This document shows, in pieces, positions 60,136-64,000 of a stretch of DNA of 64,000 nucleotides. A model generated the notes under the pieces. It had not been told where the DNA came from and did not search any database. It worked only from the letters and a program-made list of their open reading frames with translations. Every line of letters starts with the position of its first letter. The stretch's first letter is position 1. Both the position numbers and the translations under genes were made by a program. This DNA is from Candidatus Berkelbacteria bacterium (lineage in GTDB: Bacteria; Patescibacteriota; UBA1384; XYA2-FULL-43-10; 1-14-0-10-43-13), in assembly GCA_037143235.1 (NCBI GenBank), contig JBAWZC010000001.1, positions 1,132-65,131 of the forward strand, in the 5' to 3' direction.

Positions 60136-61359
60136 TTATTTTACCACATTTGTCAGTGCAACATCCAATTGTTCATCAGTATCCGTAGCTTGGTCGTCGG
60201 CCTGTGTAATATCTGGCTTCAATCCTGCGCCACTGATCTGAGTGCCGTTCGGCGTAAACCAATTTGCAACCGTAATCTTCACCGCAGACCCACCCGGCAA
60301 ATCGATCAACTCTTGGACGCAACCTTTACCAAAAGTTGTCTCGCCAATTAACTGGACATTGCGACGATCTCGCAAAGCACCAGCCGTAATCTCCGATGCT
60401 GAAGCTGACCCACCATTTACCAAAACTACAGTTTTTATATTTTTGAGAATTGGGCTGGAAGTTACAGTGTAATCTTTTTTAGCTCGGTTTTTGCCTTCCT
60501 CGGAAACAATAACCCCCGAGTCGACAAAATAACTCGAAACATTGATCGCAGTCTCCAAGTAGCCACCTGGATCATTGCGTAAATCCAAGACGATCCCATC
60601 GGCGTGATTTTTCACCGCCTCGTCAGCAAATTGCTGAAAAAGCTGATCCGTATCGTCACCAAACTGACGAATTTTCACCACATAGATTGTCTTATTTTTA
60701 ACAGTCTTTTTCTCCCATGTTACGCTCTTAACACTGATCTTGGCTCTTTCGATTTCGAAAACTAACGGCCCGCTTGCATCCTGACGAACGACCTCTATCT
60801 TGACTTTGGTTCCGGCTTCACCGCGAATATCACCGACAATCTGATCAATAGACATATCGGAAACACTTTTATCATTTACCTTGCTAATAATATCTTTCGG
60901 CTTCAATCCCGCCTTTTCGGCTGGAGTATCAGGAATTGGAGCCACGACCGTGACATATCCATTTTTGTTAACCAATTCGACGCCGATGCCGCTAAATGTG
61001 CCCTCAATATCCTGACGAAATGACTGATTCTGAGCAGGAGTAAAAAAAGTCGTATAAGGGTCGTTCAGCGATCCCAACATACCGTTAATGGCATCATAAA
61101 CCATCGCCTGACTATTCGGAGCAACCACTGATTTCTCCTCAAGCTTGTTCCAAGCTTGCCAAAAGAGTGAAAAGTCGACGCTCTTCGGCTTACCAACTTC
61201 GGTACTGGTCAAACCGTCGGAAATAATACCGATCGACTTACCCTGACGACCATAAGAATAACCAAACAAAAACACACCGGACATCACGCCCAATGCAACA
61301 ATGAAAACAACGATAATTGTGACTAATTTGCCACGATTAGTTCTGTTTTTTATATCCAT
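60136..61359 (-). CDS. ctpA: Carboxyl-terminal processing protease (S41, CtpA/Prc-like) with PDZ
   Basis: PDZ segment, S41 motifs GGSASASEI and the catalytic TFGKG context; N-terminal TM. Confidence 0.85.
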   Translation of the reverse strand: MDIKNRTNRGKLVTIIVVFIVALGVMSGVFLFGYSYGRQGKSIGIISDGLTSTEVGKPKSVDFSLFWQAWNKLEEKSVVAPNSQAMVYDAINGMLGSLNDPYTTFFTPAQNQSFRQDIEGTFSGIGVELVNKNGYVTVVAPIPDTPAEKAGLKPKDIISKVNDKSVSDMSIDQIVGDIRGEAGTKVKIEVVRQDASGPLVFEIERAKISVKSVTWEKKTVKNKTIYVVKIRQFGDDTDQLFQQFADEAVKNHADGIVLDLRNDPGGYLETAINVSSYFVDSGVIVSEEGKNRAKKDYTVTSSPILKNIKTVVLVNGGSASASEITAGALRDRRNVQLIGETTFGKGCVQELIDLPGGSAVKITVANWFTPNGTQISGAGLKPDITQADDQATDTDEQLDVALTNVVK

Positions 61360-61373
61360 AAGAAAATAATTAT

Positions 61374-62591
61374 TTAGTAATTCTTTTTGATAATTTGTAT
61401 CGATTTGACCTGACTCATCGAATACGATGAATTAGTTAATGCCGGATCATGAATCAAATACTTTCCGTTCGCATAACCCTTGATCACAATATAGTGACAG
61501 ACTCCGAACGGATTGTTATAAATTGAACAATTTTTACCTGGGAAAACCACTCCCGCTACTACTGGCTGACCATGAGTGACAGAATAATTAATTGTATCCC
61601 AGTTCACCGATTGATTGTAGGCAGAGGGCACACTCAGGCCAGTGCCTGACAGATTATAATTCTGCGCTACCATTGGTGGGGTCAGTCCCTTTCCGTAATA
61701 TGTTGCGACCATCGCTAGAGAAGTAACGAAACAGCCAACATCGGCGATTGTTGACCTTGTGTTACCGATGTAGGTGTTCGGATAGTTCTTCTGATTATAA
61801 TAAAAACTAGAATCGATACTTGTGACTAAATCACTACCCCAGTTGACACCAGAAGAAAATAAAGCCGCATACTGAACACGAATCAGCGCCGCCTTGGCCT
61901 CCGCGTCAGCGGCTTGTTGCGCTAAAGCATTTATCGCACCCTGTGTTCCAGACAAGAGTTGCGCCTTGTAATTCTTTTTACTTACAAGCTCATTTTTTTG
62001 AACCTGTTGACTATCCTGCAAGCCCTGCAAGGTGACCAATTCGTTTGTCCTCTGATCCTTTTGACCAGTAAGATCATTTTTCAAGATGGTTATCTGGGCC
62101 ATCGACTCGGTAATCTGGTCTTGGATAGAAGCAAAATATTTCTGTTTTGTTACCACAGCAGAGACAGTATCAGAACCCACCAGAGTTTCGATTAGGCCCT
62201 GAGGCTTGTTCATATACCAATTCGCAATTAGTTCTCCAAGTTTATTCTTGGCATCATCATAACTAGACTGCTGCTGACTTATATTAGTTTCAAGCTGATC
62301 AATTACCTGACCGGTCAAATTTATCTGATTTTGAGTTGAATTTATCGCACTCTCAGCTTCAGAAATATCTGATTGTACTACCGCGATCTGATCTTGTATC
62401 AGCGCAGCCTCCTGCTTTTTGGCCGTTGCCTGTTGGCGAGCGTTTGTTGATTGTGCAACCAAAGCCTGCAATTGTTGCTGAAGCTCAGTTGCAGTCAGGG
62501 CACTAGTCCTGTTTGGCATTGCAACCAAAAAAACAGAAAGCACAATTACCGCTAAACCGATAAATTTATATTTCAAGATAAATTTTTTCAT
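61374..62591 (-). CDS. Coiled-coil peptidoglycan-hydrolase-like protein (PcsB/EnvC-like) with a C-terminal C39-like/CHAP-like papain-fold domain
   Basis: A long Gln-rich coiled coil followed by a Cys...His region (DVGCFVTSLAMV...GVCHYIVIKG...HDP). Start ATG 62591 with SD-like AAAGGAGAAAAA, 4-nt overlap with the ftsX stop. Confidence 0.55.
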   Translation of the reverse strand: MKKFILKYKFIGLAVIVLSVFLVAMPNRTSALTATELQQQLQALVAQSTNARQQATAKKQEAALIQDQIAVVQSDISEAESAINSTQNQINLTGQVIDQLETNISQQQSSYDDAKNKLGELIANWYMNKPQGLIETLVGSDTVSAVVTKQKYFASIQDQITESMAQITILKNDLTGQKDQRTNELVTLQGLQDSQQVQKNELVSKKNYKAQLLSGTQGAINALAQQAADAEAKAALIRVQYAALFSSGVNWGSDLVTSIDSSFYYNQKNYPNTYIGNTRSTIADVGCFVTSLAMVATYYGKGLTPPMVAQNYNLSGTGLSVPSAYNQSVNWDTINYSVTHGQPVVAGVVFPGKNCSIYNNPFGVCHYIVIKGYANGKYLIHDPALTNSSYSMSQVKSIQIIKKNY

Positions 62592-63514
62592 TTTTTCTCC
62601 TTTAGATGCTGTCTCACAGCCAGTAAAGAACAAATTATACCAAGCAACAAACCAACCAAAAACTCAAAACCAATTATATACCATATGTTTAAACCAAGGT
62701 AATTTGAATTTAGATTTGAAACTTCCAAGTACTTCTCTACTGTGGGCAAAATTAATTTAAGAACACTCAACAAAACTGTTCCAGTCAAAATTGATCCCAA
62801 AATCGCGTAAACAACACCTTCGACGAAAAATGGACCCTGAATATACAGAGAGCTTGCGCCAACCAGCTTCATAATCTCTATTTCCTCACTTCTGGCATAG
62901 ATTGCCAAGCTAATTGTATTATAGATAATTACAACTGAAATCAAAACAAAGATAGAAGACAGAGTCCAGCCAAGAATCTTCACAAAACTAGATAGCTTTA
63001 GCAATCGGTCGACGACCTTCTTATTCTGCTCGTAACTAATCGAACTGATAATCGGGGCGTTGGCCTGTGTATTTACAAAATTGTAAACACCGTCTACATT
63101 TTGCAATTGTTCGGTTTTTATCTCAATGCTGCGGGGCAACGGATTGAATTCACTGGAGACTACTGATTCGGCCTGATCATCTTTCTGATAAGACTTCCAC
63201 ATCTCCTGCCAGCTGACGAGTGCATCTTCTTTGGAGACATACTTGACCGTTTTGACATCAGAACGGGTCAACAATAAATTCTTCAAAGCCAAGACCTGGT
63301 CATCAGTCGCATCAGATTTGAAATAGACGATAATATCCACTTTATCGCGCAGATTTTCATTCGTTTTGTTCGTAATAATAAGCAGACTCACAAAGAAAGA
63401 TATCGTAAACAATGTCAAAAACATCATGATCGTAGAAGCGAGCGCCAACCAGCGGCTACGCCACAAGGACAACATCGATGTTTTCAAGATTCGGTAAATT
63501 GAAATCAATAGCAT
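62588..63514 (-). CDS. ftsX: Cell-division ABC transporter permease FtsX-like
   Basis: 4-TM FtsX topology with a large first periplasmic loop; downstream of ftsE. Confidence 0.75.
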   Translation of the reverse strand: MLLISIYRILKTSMLSLWRSRWLALASTIMMFLTLFTISFFVSLLIITNKTNENLRDKVDIIVYFKSDATDDQVLALKNLLLTRSDVKTVKYVSKEDALVSWQEMWKSYQKDDQAESVVSSEFNPLPRSIEIKTEQLQNVDGVYNFVNTQANAPIISSISYEQNKKVVDRLLKLSSFVKILGWTLSSIFVLISVVIIYNTISLAIYARSEEIEIMKLVGASSLYIQGPFFVEGVVYAILGSILTGTVLLSVLKLILPTVEKYLEVSNLNSNYLGLNIWYIIGFEFLVGLLLGIICSLLAVRQHLKEKK

Positions 63515-63582
63515 AGTATATATAAATTAATAATTATTTAAATGATTGAGGGCGCCCATTGCCTGAACGCTTCCACGATTGC

Positions 63583-64000
63583 TTATAAAATATATTTTCC
63601 CCTAGCATCGTCCGATATCATTTTACCTTCTTTTAGTGTTACGACACGCTTCTCCAAAGTATCAACAATCTCTTTGTCGTGAGTTGCTAATATTACGATC
63701 GTGCCCTGCTTGTTTATCTTGAATAATAATTCGATAATCTCCCAAGTTGTCACCGGGTCCAAGTTACCTGTTGGCTCGTCAGCAATAATCAATTTCGGAT
63801 TGTGAACCAAAGCTCGAGCAATTGCCACTCGTTGTTTTTCGCCACCCGAAAGCTCTTCTGTGAATGCCCTAACACGAGTAGTCAAACCGACCATTTCAAT
63901 GATCTTTGGTACTCTGGCAGCAATCTCATCATTGGTCGCATCAGCAACTTCTAGAGCAAAGGCGACATTTTCATAAACAGTTTTTCTAGGCAAAATCTTA
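63583..64000 (-). CDS. ftsE: Cell-division ATP-binding protein FtsE (partial; N-terminus beyond the window end)
   Basis: ABC signature LSGGEKQRVAIARAL and Walker B LIIADEPTGNLD. Confidence 0.8.
   Translation of the reverse strand, partial: KILPRKTVYENVAFALEVADATNDEIAARVPKIIEMVGLTTRVRAFTEELSGGEKQRVAIARALVHNPKLIIADEPTGNLDPVTTWEIIELLFKINKQGTIVILATHDKEIVDTLEKRVVTLKEGKMISDDARGKYIL

Overview
This 64-kb window from a small, AT-rich (about 40% GC) bacterial genome is mostly a dense block of housekeeping genes. The compact, reduced operons and many tiny membrane-protein ORFs suggest a streamlined, possibly CPR/Patescibacteria-like organism; this is an inference I could not confirm by search. Standard genetic code 11 fits the ORFs. 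The provided ORF track evidently accepts GTG/TTG as starts, so several N-termini were trimmed to the first ATG with an SD-like sequence. Core content includes a glycolytic cluster (fba, pgk, gap, tpiA, a pfkB-family kinase, a yvcK-like gene), clpP-tig, rpsB-tsf-frr (no pyrH), rseP, proS, rpmE-prfA-prmC, gatC-gatA...gatB, ligA, htpX-lemA, ctpA and ftsE-ftsX-pcsB-like. RNA genes are a solo 16S rRNA (no adjacent tRNAs or 23S, with an AT-rich insertion), two divergent tRNA-Ala genes, and a tRNA-Ile flanked by half-copies of itself. What stands out is a family of TGTCAT-initiated palindromic repeat elements. Three carry a small GIY-YIG nuclease gene exactly between cognate inverted repeats, one is an empty miniature copy, several are solo hairpins, and one sits in-frame inside uvrC. 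These elements lie between essential, highly expressed genes. Also notable are tandem cassettes at the pgk 3' end delimited by diverged pgk C-terminus-encoding repeats (one cassette carries a DinD/BRO-N-like gene), a heptamer tandem repeat present in-frame in several genes, and a roughly 260-nt unassigned ncRNA with a perfect sigma-70 promoter. No CRISPR array, integrase or transposase gene was seen.
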